Assembly: GCA_973851085.1 (NCBI GenBank)
Contig: OZ316775.1
Span: forward strand, 3,348,001 to 3,412,000
Source of the DNA: Ptychomitrium polyphyllum
Lineage: Eukaryota
Direction of reading: 5' to 3'
DNA length: 64,000 bases
Position numbers and translations under genes: made by a program. The notes under the pieces are model-generated. The model searched no databases, had not been told where the DNA came from, and worked only from the letters and a program-made list of their open reading frames with translations. Positions 1-13,757 of this stretch are shown here, piece by piece. The stretch's first letter is position 1. Each line of letters begins with the position of its first letter.

Positions 1-247
1 CTGGCCCAGTCCGTTTAGCAAGAACTTCATGGTAAACCCACTTTAACAAGACAAGTGTACGTCCTTTACCACATATTTCTAGACTGATTTTTGACACGAT
101 CAAGTATTCACTCATTAAAATCACCATTTTGTTGTACTAAGATGTAAGCTTCTTTTACCGCTAAATCATCATTTTGTATTTAAAACGCTGTAATTGATAT
201 ACTTTTGATAGAGCATTGTTTAAGCAATCATATAATATATGCTCTTA

Positions 248-251
<4 letters not shown>

Positions 252-297
<46 letters not shown>
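252..297. repeat. (TA)n microsatellite, ~23 units
   Basis: Uninterrupted TATATA run read directly from the sequence, in very AT-rich intergenic DNA. Confidence 0.95.
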
Positions 298-298
<1 letters not shown>

Positions 299-3200
299 CA
301 TATTTTAACAATTTTTTGATTTGTAAATTTATATGATATGAATGCTATATACAAACTTAATATCAATTATATTGACAACAATAAGAATTGTATATTTCCT
401 TTATGAAGTTGTATGGCATTGAATGTTTTGGTTGTTTTCTATGCTTTGATTTTTATTTTTATTGATCACAAAAACTTATTGAATTTGAGATATTCTTTAT
501 ATATTTTTTCATAATGTTGTATTGAATTTTTAGACTCATATATAAGAGGTCATACCATAAATGCATAGATACAGAATGTAACTTGGGCAATTTTAAAAAT
601 CATTATCTATATATATATATATAAAATAATACCTCGTTTAAATACATCTTATATTCAAATACCATACATACATGCTTGTATACAATTTTTTTGATAAATT
701 ATGGTATTAAATACATTGATATTATGTAATATTTTATTTGAAAATTGCATTTATGTGTATGAAAGAGTATTTAAAATACAAAGTTTATTAATTAGGATTA
801 ATCTTTCAATCATGTATTATCTATTAGAATGTCAAAAGGATAAATTTTTCAACACATTTAAGCTTGTTTGCTATTATAAATAAATATATAAATGGCAATA
901 TAGCATTTTTTGTTTAATGACCTTCCATTACAATTAAAAATATCAAAATAGTAGTTTACTGCTTCATGTTTCAACTTTGCTAAATATTACACATAAGTAC
1001 AATACCTAGCCAATTATCCCATTAAAAAGTTGGTGGAAGAGAATGTGGCTAAAGAATGAAATGAGAACTTTCTAATATTAATTAATTTTTTAAAATGATA
1101 TGATATTAAAATTACATGTTTAATTGTTTAAATTGCTACACATGAATTTTGTGTTATATCAAGATGATTTAAACTATCTTTAAACAAAGGATGATGGAAT
1201 TGGATAAACAGGAAGAAAATCTATAAGAATATAATCATTTCAAGATGCACACATTGTAATACTTTACAACAATTGCAACTTGTTATTTTGATACCAAAGG
1301 GGTTGATGTCTTTGCCTCATACTTGCAATTCAAGAAAGTTTGATTTTAATCTTTTTGTGATGCTTCAATTAAGTTTTGAATTTGAAGCTTTATATGTTAA
1401 TTTGAACAAATTAAACATCTAATTATTATTTTCATTATGCTAGAATTAATGCGCAATTGGAACTAATTGAAGAATGACACAATTAGATGGCTTTTATTAA
1501 TGATTTTGTATAAAGAAACTTCTATTTTTTTTAAATGATATAGTATATAGTATATTTTTCAATACAGATTCTTCAAGTAGGATTTTCTTTAATTTAACAT
1601 TTTTATTCTTTTTTTGCTTAGATGATAAACAATTTCTTATAAAAACATTTTGAAAAGGAAAGAAGAAGATTACCACATATAATAAATTATATAAGCTTTT
1701 TTTGTACAAAAGTATTTGTAACAATATGTGCTACAAGTGCTTGAAATAATCACTATGTCATCATGATTTATACTCAAAAACATAAACAATTAGTTGTAGA
1801 ACAATCAATAGGATTAGATAGATGTAAAATAGAAGAAAATTGGATGATATGACAATTTTGAAAAATTCCATATTATTTGGTTGTACAATTAAATAAATTT
1901 CAATATAGATAAATGAAATGTTGCAAAAGGTATGGTTTGATGTTGCATCAGGTAGATACATGAATGATTGAAGGTGAAATTTGAAAAGATGTGTGATGTT
2001 TGATTAGTTAAGCAATCAAGTTTCATGAGTTAAAAGTTCATTTAATTCTTCCTTCAAGTCTTCCACAATTAATTTCAAAGCATCATCACCATCATAACTA
2101 AGTTATGGTTACACCTTTAGATTTTTATTTCAAATACACATATAAAAAATGTGTAATCATTTGATTTATTTTAAGAAATACATCTAATTTGATTATTATA
2201 GTTGTATATGCACATTCATAGCTTTAGTTGTAATTTATGGTGGTAACTTCTATGCATAAAGTAATTGAAAATACATACACAAGGACTTATTTTCCACTTT
2301 ATTAGTTTCATAGTGTAAGACATTCTATTATTTAGACAATTTATTACAATCTTTGAAAGAATTGGACATAAAAGCATAGTATGAAAGTTCTTATATAAAT
2401 TGTAGAATTCTTATTTATAAATTATTTTGCTTAACTTTGTTATATAATATGGTTTAATAAGTTGTTGGTGATTCTATTGAATAAAAAGAAGAACTCCAAT
2501 TTTAGCATGAATAAATAAACTCTTTTTATTGAGCTATATATATGAGGACATTGGATCTAAGTAGAATTCTAAAGAATTATATTTTTTTTAGAATGTAGAT
2601 TTTATTTGTTATTCTATTGAATGATAGATATCCCTCAAATTAGAGGAGCTTGCTAAATAATTGTTTCCACCAATTTTCATATATAAGCTTTCTTTGTGAA
2701 GTTATGACCATCTATACACTATTGAAGTTGAAGTAGCAATGAAATTTAGAAGGACTTCAAATATATTGACTTATTTGTTTTATACTTATTTACACTAAAA
2801 AAAATTCATCATTTCTACAAATGCATTTTTAATAAATTTTTGTACACCATCTAATGTACAATACAATTATATATTTATGAAAACATGAATAAAAATAATG
2901 ATCATTTAGAAATTTTTGAAAATACGATTGTAGATTAAAATAAGTATTAAATAATTGAAGCAATTCACTTCTATCTTTAAATAGTAGGAGAATTACAAAA
3001 AGATGATAATAAAAACATGTCATATTAAATGTATAAAGGCATAAGTGTTGTTTGCCAACTTTGTGTAATATTCCCTTAATCTATAATTGGACAAGGTTTT
3101 GACAATAGAATTTTGATTTCAAATGGTGCAATTTTTCTTCTGAAAAAGAATGTTTGAAAGAAGCACAAAGAAATGTTATATTTGTCAATGGTTTAAAAAC

Positions 3201-3461
3201 CTCAAAATTCCATGTATTACACTAATGATGTGATTTGATGTCAAGTACACAAACACTTTATTTATGGCTATAACTTTTTGCAAGATGAATACATGTTATC
3301 AACAATAAAGATATTGATATTAAAAGGGCTTCAATAAGCAGATTTGTATAAGTGTTCATTAAGAGTGGCAATATTACCGTGGTTTTGAATCAGTTACTGC
3401 AGTCAACACCTATTACAAGATCAGTGTTCGGAAAATCTCAAATAAAGTTCAGCTAAAAGTA

Positions 3462-3710
3462 GCCACGTCATAAAGGCAGAGGGACCTCAATGCCACGTCA
3501 CTACAAATGGCGGCCTAAAGTGGAATTTATATCGTTGCAGTGGACCCCATGGAACGACGTACTTTTGTACTTTCTGGCGACTAAGGTTTTATAAGCGACA
3601 CGGCGTCGTCCGAAGGAGGCGACCGACGCACGTGAGCCCTCGGATCTGCGACTCCGATACGAACGGCAGGGATCGAAGAAACTTAGGGTTGGTCAGAACC
3701 GAAACCCTAA
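3462..3710 (+). promoter_or_regulatory. Proximal promoter of the Nopp140-like gene: two GCCACGTCA bZIP-type elements and a telo-box pair
   Basis: GCCACGTCA at 3462-3470 and 3492-3500; TTAGGGTT at 3683-3690 and AAACCCTAA at 3702-3710. Telo-boxes are established in promoters of plant ribosome-biogenesis genes. Confidence 0.6.
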
Positions 3711-3943
3711 TTGTTCGGAAGGGCGGAAAGAGCTTGAGAGTGGCAGCTATGGCGGAGTGGCAAGTCTGAGTGAAGCTCAGAGAGGCGTAGCTATCGGTTG
3801 GGTGTATGTTGGTGCCGCGAGTCGTCCAGTTGCGGACGCACCATCAGCAGAAGCAGCACCAGCAGTTTTCTCATTCTCGTTCCGCTCCAGGACTTCCTCT
3901 ATTGTCTTCGTGCCGGGCTTCAGCTCGTCAGTCGTTGTCGCCG

Positions 3944-6900
3944 ATGGCGTCACCGAGCGTGGACCAGCTCGTGACGGAGTATCTGCGGAAGCGGGGGTTC
4001 ACGAAGACGCTCAAGGCGTTCGTATCCGAGGCTAGCTATGTAGGTTTCTCTTCAGTTGAGCTTGTTTGGTTTGGATTCGATTGGGAGGTCGTTGTTCTGG
4101 CCGGTCGTGACTGTGGATCTGCTCTGGGTGAGGGGTTTAGGGAGTTCTGGTTGAAGTTGTGCAGGATTTAGTAGTGGTTTCCGTGTGGTGCATGTTGCGG
4201 AGGTTTGTGCTTTTTGGAAATTGGAGTGCGGTGTTTGATTGTTCGTCGGGGGTGTATACTTGGGAATGCAGAGTCAAAACCATGGACTTGGTAGGGAGTT
4301 GCGTAGATTATGACGTGATACTGGCTCGAATCTCGGTTACTTGGGACTAGTTTCTGTCACTATGAGGGGAGATCTTGCTTGTGAGTTTCGTGATGTGCGC
4401 CATCGATTGAGCTGCGCGGTTACTGAGGCACAATTGGACCTGGTCGTCGGGATTAGGTCGCTGCAGAGTAGTTTGAAGTGTGCAGTAATCCCTCCCTTGG
4501 TTTTAGGTTTGCAGCTTGTGTCTCGCTTAGTCATTAGATTCAAGTGTCGTGGGTCTGGTTCGCAGAGGAGGGGTTTAGGGTTTATGGGTATGAGAGAAGT
4601 GTTCGACGTCCTGTGGCCCTCTCTATCTCCCCAGCTGTAGTACATGGGGAGCTGCTAATGTTTGACTGCCATGGGTTTGCTGGTTCAGTTTCTAGATTCA
4701 TTGACATGGTCTGTCTCTGATGATGCAGAAAGAACCGAAGGTTTCTGTGAGCGTAGACCTAGGGACGATCTGTGCTGATTACTTTGCACGCAAGAAAGAA
4801 GTTGTGGGGAAGGCCCGGTCAGATACCGCCTTGACAAATGGAAGCATTCTGAAGCCAGAGATGAAAATGGTTGCCAAACAGAAGCCTGCAAGCTCTTCGG
4901 ATGATTCTGACGACTCTTCTGATGAATCTGATGATGAAGAAAAGGTAGTTGCACCTGCACCGGTTTCAAAAAAATTGGTACCTGCAGTTGTAGCTGTATC
5001 AGCTGCAGTACCTTCCACGATGGCTAAGGCTGAAATTTCTCCAAGTGATGATTCTTCTTCCGATGAAGAGGAAGAGGACGTCACAACCGTGCAGAAGGTT
5101 TTGAAAATCAACCGCCCGGAGAAGAAAAAGGCCGTTGCAGCTGTGTCAAAGTCGTCTTCGTCCGACTCAGATGACGAGGAAGAGGTAGTAGCAACGACAT
5201 CAAAGGCAAAGTTTCCTGTCGTCAGCAAGAAGGAAGAATCATCGTCTGATGAATCAGATGCAGAGTCAGAAGATGAAAAGGTGGCTGCGAAGACTCCGCC
5301 TCCCGCAACATCAAAGGGAAAGAAGACTGTAGTGGCTGCGGTGATGTCTAAGACAACACCAAAGCCTGCAAGTTCATCTTCCTCGGACTCTAGCAGTGAT
5401 GGTATGCTGTGATTATCGTTTATTTACTTTTCTCCGCTCTGGCTTCTCGTTCATTATGAGCCGAATGATGCAATTTACAATGGTTGAACAGGCGTTGAAT
5501 ACTGCTTGTAATTGTATTGCTTAGATGAGGAAGTTGGCGTTGAGCAGCCCGAAACGAAGGCAGTGGAACCCGTCAAACCTGCTGATGATTCCTCCAGCGA
5601 GGAAGAGAGTGATGTAGAGATGAAAACTGTCACTCCAGCAGTTGCAGATAAAAAAGCTGGAAAGCCATCAGTTTCTTCTTCTAGCAGTGACTCTAGTGAT
5701 GATGAGATGGAGGTTGACAGGAAACCTGCTGCTACTGTAAAAGAAGTGCAAAAGGGTGCTTCGCCGAAAGTTGTGGCGAAGAAGGCTGATTCTCTTTCAT
5801 CAGACTCCTCTAGTGATGAGGATAGCGATGACGAAGCCTCAGATGAGATAAAGATTGTGACCAAACCTGCTGTTACAAAACCCGCAAAACCTACAGTTGT
5901 GAAGAAGGTAGCATCTTCTTCTTCCTCTGATTCTTCTTCCGATGAAGAACAGGTGCCTAAGCCAGGAGCAAAAAGTGTTGGAGCCAAGAAAACTATAAGT
6001 CCAAAGAATGTAGCTGTAGAAGAAGATGAAAGCGATAGCAGTGACGAGAGTGTGGAAATAAAGAGCACCACTCGAGGAAGTGCTGCTGCTGTTAACGGAA
6101 AACAGGTTTGTTTTCCCATGCAATTATTTTAACTCTTCTTGTCCTCGTGTTTTCTATCACTAATATCATCATGGTCCAGTTCAGTGTCTTGAATATACAA
6201 AGTAGAAGTTGAATGGTAGTTACAGCACGTGTTTATCCATCATGAATGTAATAAGGTCCAATGAAGTTCGCTTTAGAGATACCTCTGCTCACCAGCTTTT
6301 TTTGGGTGTGATTTGCGCAGGTATCCTCTGATTCTTCTGGTTCCTCAGATTCATCAGATGAGGAAGTCAAAGTTGTTACAAAACCTTCTACAAAGAGGAC
6401 AGCAACAGGCTTGTCTAGGCCAGCTGAAGTAGTCAAGGACAAGAAATCTCGAGTTACGAAAGAGAAGCAGGTGGAGAGTGAAGCGGCAGTAGCCCCTGTA
6501 AACAAGAAGCGAAAAGCTGACGACGAAGAAGCTGAGGTTGGCCATGTCAATAAGAAGGCAAATGTAAATGGTATTGCAGTTGCAACTGCCACAGATATTG
6601 ATGTATCGAAGTCGGCACAAAAACGGAAGCAAGAGTCAGCAACCAAGGGCACTGTGCGTTTGCTAACCCATACTCCTTGCTCAACATTTGTCGGAAATAT
6701 CATACGTTTACTTGTGTAATATATGTGGTGTTATCTGTTGATGTAGATCTGCGTTACCATGTTACTGTAGGGTTCTCGATGGTGTTATTTTCGGTTTTCT
6801 AAGCACTTAAAAATCACCTCATTTCATAATATTTTCAGTCATGTAACGGTGAACGCGGAGATTATCATATCTTATTCTTAACGTAGTGAGGATGGTTGTA

Positions 6901-7858
6901 TGAAATAGTTGAATCAACGTCTATACCCAATGCATAATTTGATTGTCTGTTTTCATGATTCAACTGAGTTCAATTCTTGAGTCTTCTATGACCGACTCGA
7001 CGTTCTTGTACAGCCGTCAGCTGCTAGAGCCTTTCAAAGAGTGAAAGTAGAAGAGGTCGAACTTATGGATGATAGGTTAGCGGACAACTCTTATTGGGCA
7101 AAGGTGCGTCTTCTTGCCTATTTCCGTTAAATAGCTGTTCATTTTGCATACTTAAGTTGCAAGGGTACTCTCTGACTTCGCTATTTATCTTTGCTATGTC
7201 TCTTGTCTTGAATCTACTTCTTTTAGCGAAATCAATTCAGCGAAGAATGACTTCTGCTGTGTCATTCTTCTGCTGTGTCTCTTGTCTTGAATCTACTTCT
7301 TTTGAGTGACAACTGGAATGAATGGTAATTTTGTCTGTTTTCAGTTCTATCCTTGCAATTATAAGTATTAACATATAATAAGTTTGTGTGTTCAGTCTGG
7401 TGCTGAAGTGGGATGGGGTGCAAAGGCTGAAGAAGTCCTTGGTCGAGTGCGGGGCAAGTGAGTAAATATTAACCACCTTCTCAATCTGACTATTATTTTA
7501 TAGAGTTACAGAAATATGCCTGCAGATAACCAACACCACATCAAGACAAAGGCGGTCCGAGTTTCTAGAGTTCTCCCTTTTCCACAGGATGATCTCAAAG
7601 TCGTACAGTGTGGGAATTCACGAGCATCAAATTGTGGGATATGCCAGTTTAAACAGAAAGATGTATTTATAGGTTGTCTCTGCACTTGTTGATTGCGGGC
7701 TGTGCTCCTAGGTGATCAAAGTGACTTATTGCTTCTCTTATGACCCATGCAGGGGTTTCCGACATGAAAAAACAAAGAAGAAACGAGGTTCATACAAAGG
7801 TGGCATTATTGACAACGTATCACATTCTATCAAATTCCAAAATTCGGACGACGAGTGA
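3944..7858 (+). CDS. Nopp140/NOLC1/SRP40-like nucleolar phosphoprotein (LisH N-terminus, Ser/acidic-Lys repeats, SRP40 C-terminal domain), 7 exons, ~646 aa
   Basis: Exons 3944-4039, 4729-5401, 5525-6105, 6321-6653, 7014-7103, 7396-7457, 7753-7858 join in frame with GT-AG introns. LisH-like DQLVTEYLRKRGFTKTLKAFVSEA; alternating SSSDSSSDEE and K/P/A/V-rich blocks; C-terminus RAFQRVK...LADNSYWAK...WGAKAEEVLGRVRGKGFRHEKTKKKRGSYKGG..SIKF, the SRP40_C signature. An in-frame upstream ATG at 3806 may be the real start. Confidence 0.92.
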
Positions 7859-10800
7859 AAACATTTTCGCTGTCTAGTGCCGTACTGGATTTTTTAGGAC
7901 TCCGGTACTACCAGAAACATTGCGGGAGTTTATGAGAGCCAATTTTTATTTTGGTTTTTATTTGACAAAGAGTTTAGGGAAAATTTTCAATCTAGATTTT
8001 AGGTATTTTAAAATGGGATAATTCTCCCCAGCTTAAAGTTTTAAATCATATTGAGTAGGAATAAACCTTGCAAAATTTCGCATGATCAAGCAATTCATTT
8101 TGCGTCCAATGTATACTTGTGTGCATATTTTGAATTTCGGTTTGGGCAATTCTTCATTATCTACTCTAGTCCATGGAATTCGTTATTTAGTGCCATCCGT
8201 GCTCTGTAATGGACAAAATTCAAAGACTTTCGTTTGTGAACACATCTGTGCTCGACACTTCTATAAATTTGACGTTGAAAGTGCGAGACAGTAGATGACA
8301 ATGACATTGGCCAACTGGTTGGAAGCTCGTTTTAGGACATGTAGATGGTTCTTGATCACGATGTGGGTACTAAGAAACAACAGCTTTCGTAAGCTTTTAT
8401 TCTAAAGCCCTCCTATTCCTGACACGACCAAGCAAAGTATTCTTGGATACCATGGTTGCAGCACAGGTACACATGTCAATGAAGCCACCTCAGAAAACGA
8501 GAAGTAACTTAGTTGGGATATACTATTGTAATTTAAAACATGTTTTTGGAGAGGAGAAGTAGTGATTCAAACCTGAAATACTCGGAAGGTTCAAATTCTC
8601 TTTATGATTTTATCTTTTGCATTTTGTTTGCACCATAACTAAACCACCACATTTGCCTTGATAGAGTATTTCCCACTTTATCGTTGAGTTATTTGAAGGG
8701 TTAGATTTTCTGGTGCGATCACCATCAGTCCGTCATGTGCTTGCTATACTAGTCCTGTGTTGTGTGATGTTTTCCTCCCTAAATTTCATTATATTTCATT
8801 ATATTTCATTACCTTTTGTAAGTCATTTGCTGCATCACCAGTTGAGAGGATTGGATATTATGACAACATCAGTGAAATTTTGTCCTAGTTATAGCTTTTT
8901 TGTTACACCAAAATTGCTCATGGTAACTAGAAATTTTGAAAAGAAAAAGAACATAAAGTCATATTCCTCCACTTCGTTAGAATCTGTAGCCTTACGTATC
9001 TAGGTACCATATAAGTAATACCCATGTATTGCTATAATATCATCCTAGTATCATCTTGATACTCTCTAAAATTTCATTGCTTTAAAGAAAAACGGTAATG
9101 AAATTTAGCTCAGAATGTTTTCACTTGATAGCATTCGTGCAGGCATTGTTTCTCTCAAGTTGGCATTAGTTTTGTAATAACAAGAATCAACGGTGACCAG
9201 TTGCGTTGTCAAAGGATGTTACGGCATCATTGGAAGTTAAAGTAAATGTTTGCTACAATTGGTAACCAGCTCTTCAGTGAGAAGATCGGATTGTTAGTGA
9301 TTGTTTTTGAAATTAAAGAGGGTAAAGAATGTCATGATGGATTGAATCATCAAAGTGAAATTTAAGGAGTTAAAATAAAAAACTTTTAAATTAATGTAAA
9401 AACAATTCCAAAAGCAATGTATTTCAAGTCATAACTTATTCTACTTATGGACAAAAATTAGCTAAATTTTCAGCTTCAATGGCCTTTGTCATTGTTTTTA
9501 GCAATGCATGTATTCTCAACAACAATTTCATTGCCATTATATAAGTTTGAATCATTTCAGCACCTCACTGTAAGGTGATGTTTTATCTAAATTGCAAGTC
9601 AATCCAGGAATTGCATTGATGCGGAGGGTATTTGTGTGTGTTTCTTGATATATACTACTTAAATAGCGCATAAAATCGCATTCTGATCTATTGATTCTAT
9701 TGGAATATCCTTTCCAAGTGTGCTTTGCTGGTGCTCAGATCACTTCAATGTTTGGTGTGACGGCACCTCTTGCACACAGAATGCGCGGCGTCTGGCTTCA
9801 GCAATTGAGAAAGCTATGAAGGCAGAATTCATTTCCATCAGGTTACTTCACGTTCTAAGGGCTCCCGTATGTATTTCTTGTAACGAAAATCTTGAGTTAC
9901 AAAACGTGGTTGAAGACTGGAGTGATGGACTTAAGTCGATGAATTGATATTGTAATTGCACCTGTAAGAACTACTAGGGGCCCATGTTCTTCAAAATGTG
10001 ACTAATTCAGCTCCAGTAAAGTTCGTTTAATCGACTCATCCTGCAGCGAGAAGCCATTGATAGTGTCCTGGCCGTGTAGATGGATAGTAGCAGTGCAGCG
10101 AAGAATTTGCATGTGCACAGTTGAAGTCTGGCAGGGCCCGCTCATTTTATAGATACTACCCGTCTATGCAAGTTTTTATGATGCTTGTATTGTTTCACCG
10201 CCAATAGGCTGCCTGCATCAGTACAATGCTGTTGGTAATGCAACACTAATTTGTTGTTGGTAACAATTCTGCACGACATTTTCTTCTGTTCTCAGCTTGT
10301 ATCAGGTTAGACGATCATGTCATTGAGGTACAAGAATCAAGAGATTCAACTACATACTGGAAATGCAGTACGTGTGCAATCCCTATATGACTATTTAACC
10401 ATCGTCGTAGGATGAACGCACGGTGGAGGCATACTGAATCGCAAATTTCAGCAACATGAATCTCATGTTTCAAACTTACTCTTCAATTTGATAATTACGT
10501 ACGATGTGACCTCTAATTACAAATACGGAGTATTAATAGCATGAAAGTACGACAATTTTGACTTGCAAGGAACCTAAGAGCACGTGCAACAAGTATAAAC
10601 AGAAGCATACCTCTGATGAAATAATTCCTTGTCCAATTCAGCTGGTAAAGGAATTACGCTAATCATCAAAATTAGCAGTCCCATTAAATGTTGAAAATAT
10701 AAAGAAACCAACAGTCATGCCTGCAAAGGAACTAAATTCAGTATCTAGAAACGGGACCGGTAAACATTAAAGAAGTGATAAATATACCTTCGTGAGGAGG

Positions 10801-10992
10801 CGCGAAAGGTCCTTCCAAATGCCTCACAAACGCTCACATCCATGTACAGGGCAACAATTAAAAGTACCACATTAACGATAAAGAGGGAGATTGACAATCC
10901 AGATGCAAAGGAACAGCGCAAGGAACAGTCATGCCAATAAACAACTGCTTCAGCAAAAATCAAAGATGAAAACAAAACATAAGCCCCTACAC

Positions 10993-12748
10993 ATGTTAAA
11001 CATCTCAAAACTTTCATACATACTGCACCGAAAGCACGTCGTTATCACGAGCAGCATAATCTTCAACCTGTTCTAGCGTCAACCCCAATATGAAGCCAAG
11101 CCTTCTCTTCACAACAATTTCAATCCTTGTCAACGGGTCACCTCAAAATTGCACACAGTTTGCCGCGGCCCTCACGAGCCTCTTCCTACCACTAACTTCT
11201 CTTCACACGGACCATCACGGCAACACAAACCACCCCTCGTGCACCACACAACATGCTACGGCGCAATTAGCACCGACAAAATTGGAGTCCGGACACATTT
11301 CTTCCTCGCTCTCCGGCTTGAAATGGTCGCTCGAGTGGGTCTACCCGGAGCTGTTATTCACAAGGGCATCACCCATCGTCCAAGTCCATAAAAGTACACC
11401 ACATGTTGCGAGCGGCTTGCGGGGGGACCGCCGCCGTGCTATTGATCCCAGAACACTCGAAGCAGGAGCTTCTCCAACAGAACGGACCAGTTCGCCCCCG
11501 CTTTCGAGTGGTCCATGTCCATGGCCACGTATAAATCCAGCGGCGAAATCGGGCCCTGGCCCTGCTCGTCGTCTCCCGAACCCGCCTTCTCTGTGTGACT
11601 CGGGCGGCACCCGTTCTTGCCTGAACCCTCCCTGTGACTCGAACGCTTCGCCCGATTCTGCTCCACCACGCACTTCAGTATCCTCTGCAGGTGCACCTCC
11701 AGGGCCGCCCTGATCACCAGCGCGCTCTCCGCATCGCAGCCCTCCAGCCGGCTGTCCACACACGCTCCCATCTGCACGCGCTGCTGGATTTCCGCCGGAG
11801 ATGGCAGAGCGTTGCCGCTGCACTCGTCGTCCAGCGCGTACCCCAGCATGGACAGCGTCAGCGGCCCTGGAGGCATCGGCGCAGCTGGCGCCGCACGGGC
11901 CCCTCCGGCACTCGGCCGACAGAATGGGATTCCCAGCGGCACCTGCACGTCCGACGACGCCAACCAGATGGTCCCCACGTCCTCGTCCTCCTCGTCGTGC
12001 TCCTCGTCCGCTCCCGCGCCCTCCCCTTCCGCTCTGCCATCCTGCACGCGGGCCTCCTCGTGCCGGGGCCTCTTCGCAGGATGTGCACCCTGCCAGTCTT
12101 CCGGCTCCTCGGCGCTCTGCTGGGAGTGCAGCGGCCGCAACAAATCCGGCCCACCCAGATGCCCGTTCTCCGAGGCCCGCCCGCCCTCGCCGTCCACGGC
12201 AGCGGAGGCGTCTGCCCGCTGGCTCCCCAGTGGGCTCGGCCTCTCCGCACCCTTCCACACGACCGACCGGCCCTTGCGAGCGGAAATTCCGAACGCATCC
12301 CCGTTCGATCGCCCGCTTTGCGTTCCTGCGCACACCGACGTCGGGCCCTCATCAGCCCCTGAAAAGCTCGGCTTGCGCCGGACGCCTGCATCAATGCCGG
12401 GCATCCATCACTACGCATCACCGGATCATCGCCGAGCTGCCATTGCAGCGGCCCGCCATGCCCGTCAAAAACACAGACACCACTCCTCCGCAGACCGGGT
12501 CCCGGGAGTCCAAACCACTCGACAAGTTCGCAGAGGTTCGAACCCAAGCACGCAACAATACCAGCAGCCACAACCTCCTTCCGAAATCGCCACCGACGAC
12601 CAACAACAAAATCTCTTCTTTTCGGTAGTGGCCGATTCTCCCCAGCAAACCAGCGCCCCATCCAAAACCACAACACATCCAACCAGCTACTAAGACGACC
12701 GAACCACATAGAGACGACCGTCATTTGCATTCCAAAAACCCTCAACCA
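10993..12748. repeat. Inverted-repeat arm tract A2 (ADA1 intron 3' part, exon 2, 3' flank); reverse complement of 57246-59000
   Basis: Six-frame translations mirror those at 57.2-59.0 kb (position sum 69993). I saw one 1-bp indel and two substitutions, all in the intron. Identity breaks at ...TTTAACAT (10993/59000). Confidence 0.95.
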
Positions 12749-13091
12749 TTCAATGAGTCAAAAGCGAAGGAAAAAACACCACATACACCACTACGCACGC
12801 ACCTTTCAAGGGTTTGGCGAAGTCGGACAACGAAGGCGGGAGCGCAGGAGGCTCTCCACAGGCGACATTGGTGATAATTGCGCGCACATACTCATTATGC
12901 AGAACCACATTCCCCTTGCCAATTGTGGACGGCACCAATCTGTCAAGCTCCTGCTTTGACAGGCGCGACAGAAGATAACTCGACAGCAAGCTGCTGTATT
13001 GCCTCTCCTTCGCCTGGCCCAGGATCTTCACCATTCTAGCCTTCAAATTCTGCAAGTTGACTCGCGGCCCCCGCTGTATCGGCACCATCAT
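11439..13091 (-). CDS. ADA1: Transcriptional adaptor ADA1/TADA1-like SAGA subunit, copy A, 2 exons, ~411 aa
   Basis: Exons 13091-12803 and 12385-11439 (phase-1 GT-AG intron). Motifs RVNLQNLKARMVKILG..RLSKQELDRL..IGKGNVVLHNEYVRAI, PLGIPFCRPSAGGAR, ALEVHLQRILKC and ISPLDLYVAM..NWSVLLEKL match my recollection of plant SAGA-Tad1 family proteins. Confidence 0.85.
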
Positions 13092-13757
13092 GAATCCCCC
13101 TCTTGCTTCCCAAACCCCTAACCCCCACCCCCGCCCCCACCTCGGAAATGGATCCCAACCACCAGACTCGCCGCAACTCCAACACTCACACTTCGTCTGG
13201 TATTTCCTCTGCCTCTCACAGACAGCGTGGACTCCCTGGTGGCATAACGAAACAGAGACACTCGGTCTTGACAGCGATGGCTCTGTGACGCTTCCCGTTC
13301 CCCCCACCAGGGGATCGTGCATCAGAAATCAGACTGCCGGGCGGAAAAGATGGCAAAGTGAAATCAGAGAGCGAGAGCTGTGTGAGTTGCAAGTCGGATT
13401 GAAGCGCTCTGCAAAATGAGCCCTGCCCTGCCCGTGGTGTGATGCTCTCCCGGCGTGTGACCGTCCCGCGCTCAGGCCCCAACCGGCAGACATACACGAA
13501 CTCATTGCGTCGGCTTTGCGTTTGCCTTTGCCTTGCGTTGCGCTTGCGCTTGCGCTGCTGTGCTTCGTCTGGGTTGTTGCGGCGACACGGCGACCGTCAG
13601 TCGGTGCGGTCTTCGTCGTGCGTCTCAGCCGGGCTTCGTTCGGACGACAGCTTCGAACTGCGAGTGTTCCTTGTTGGCTCTGCAGTGTGCTGAGTCCACA
13701 TGAAGGCGTCTTGCAATTTTCTGTCTTCAACTCTCACGTAGAACTATGCTACAGCGC

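Noticed and set aside
300..3400. AT-rich short ORFs, possibly a decayed transposon
   Set aside because: There is no recognisable domain, terminus or TSD, so the stretch cannot be classified by eye.
4040..4728. Possible intronic C/D snoRNA in the Nopp140-like gene (GTGATGT...CTGA near 4390-4426)
   Set aside because: The C box is imperfect, the spacing is too short, and I recognised no terminal stem or rRNA guide.
4779..6119. Long minus-strand Ser-rich ORFs opposite the Nopp140-like exons
   Set aside because: They are antisense shadows of the repetitive Ser/Asp/Glu coding sequence.
7197..7303. 28-bp direct duplication in a Nopp140 intron (7197-7224 and 7276-7303)
   Set aside because: It is real but looks like an ordinary local duplication, with no evidence of function.
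11341..12745. Multiple long overlapping ORFs (240-330 aa) in other frames over ADA1, mirrored at 57.2-58.7 kb, and similar ones over SF3B4
   Set aside because: These are shadow ORFs caused by high GC and few stop codons; only one frame has family motifs and consistent splice phases. Their conservation between copies simply reflects DNA identity.
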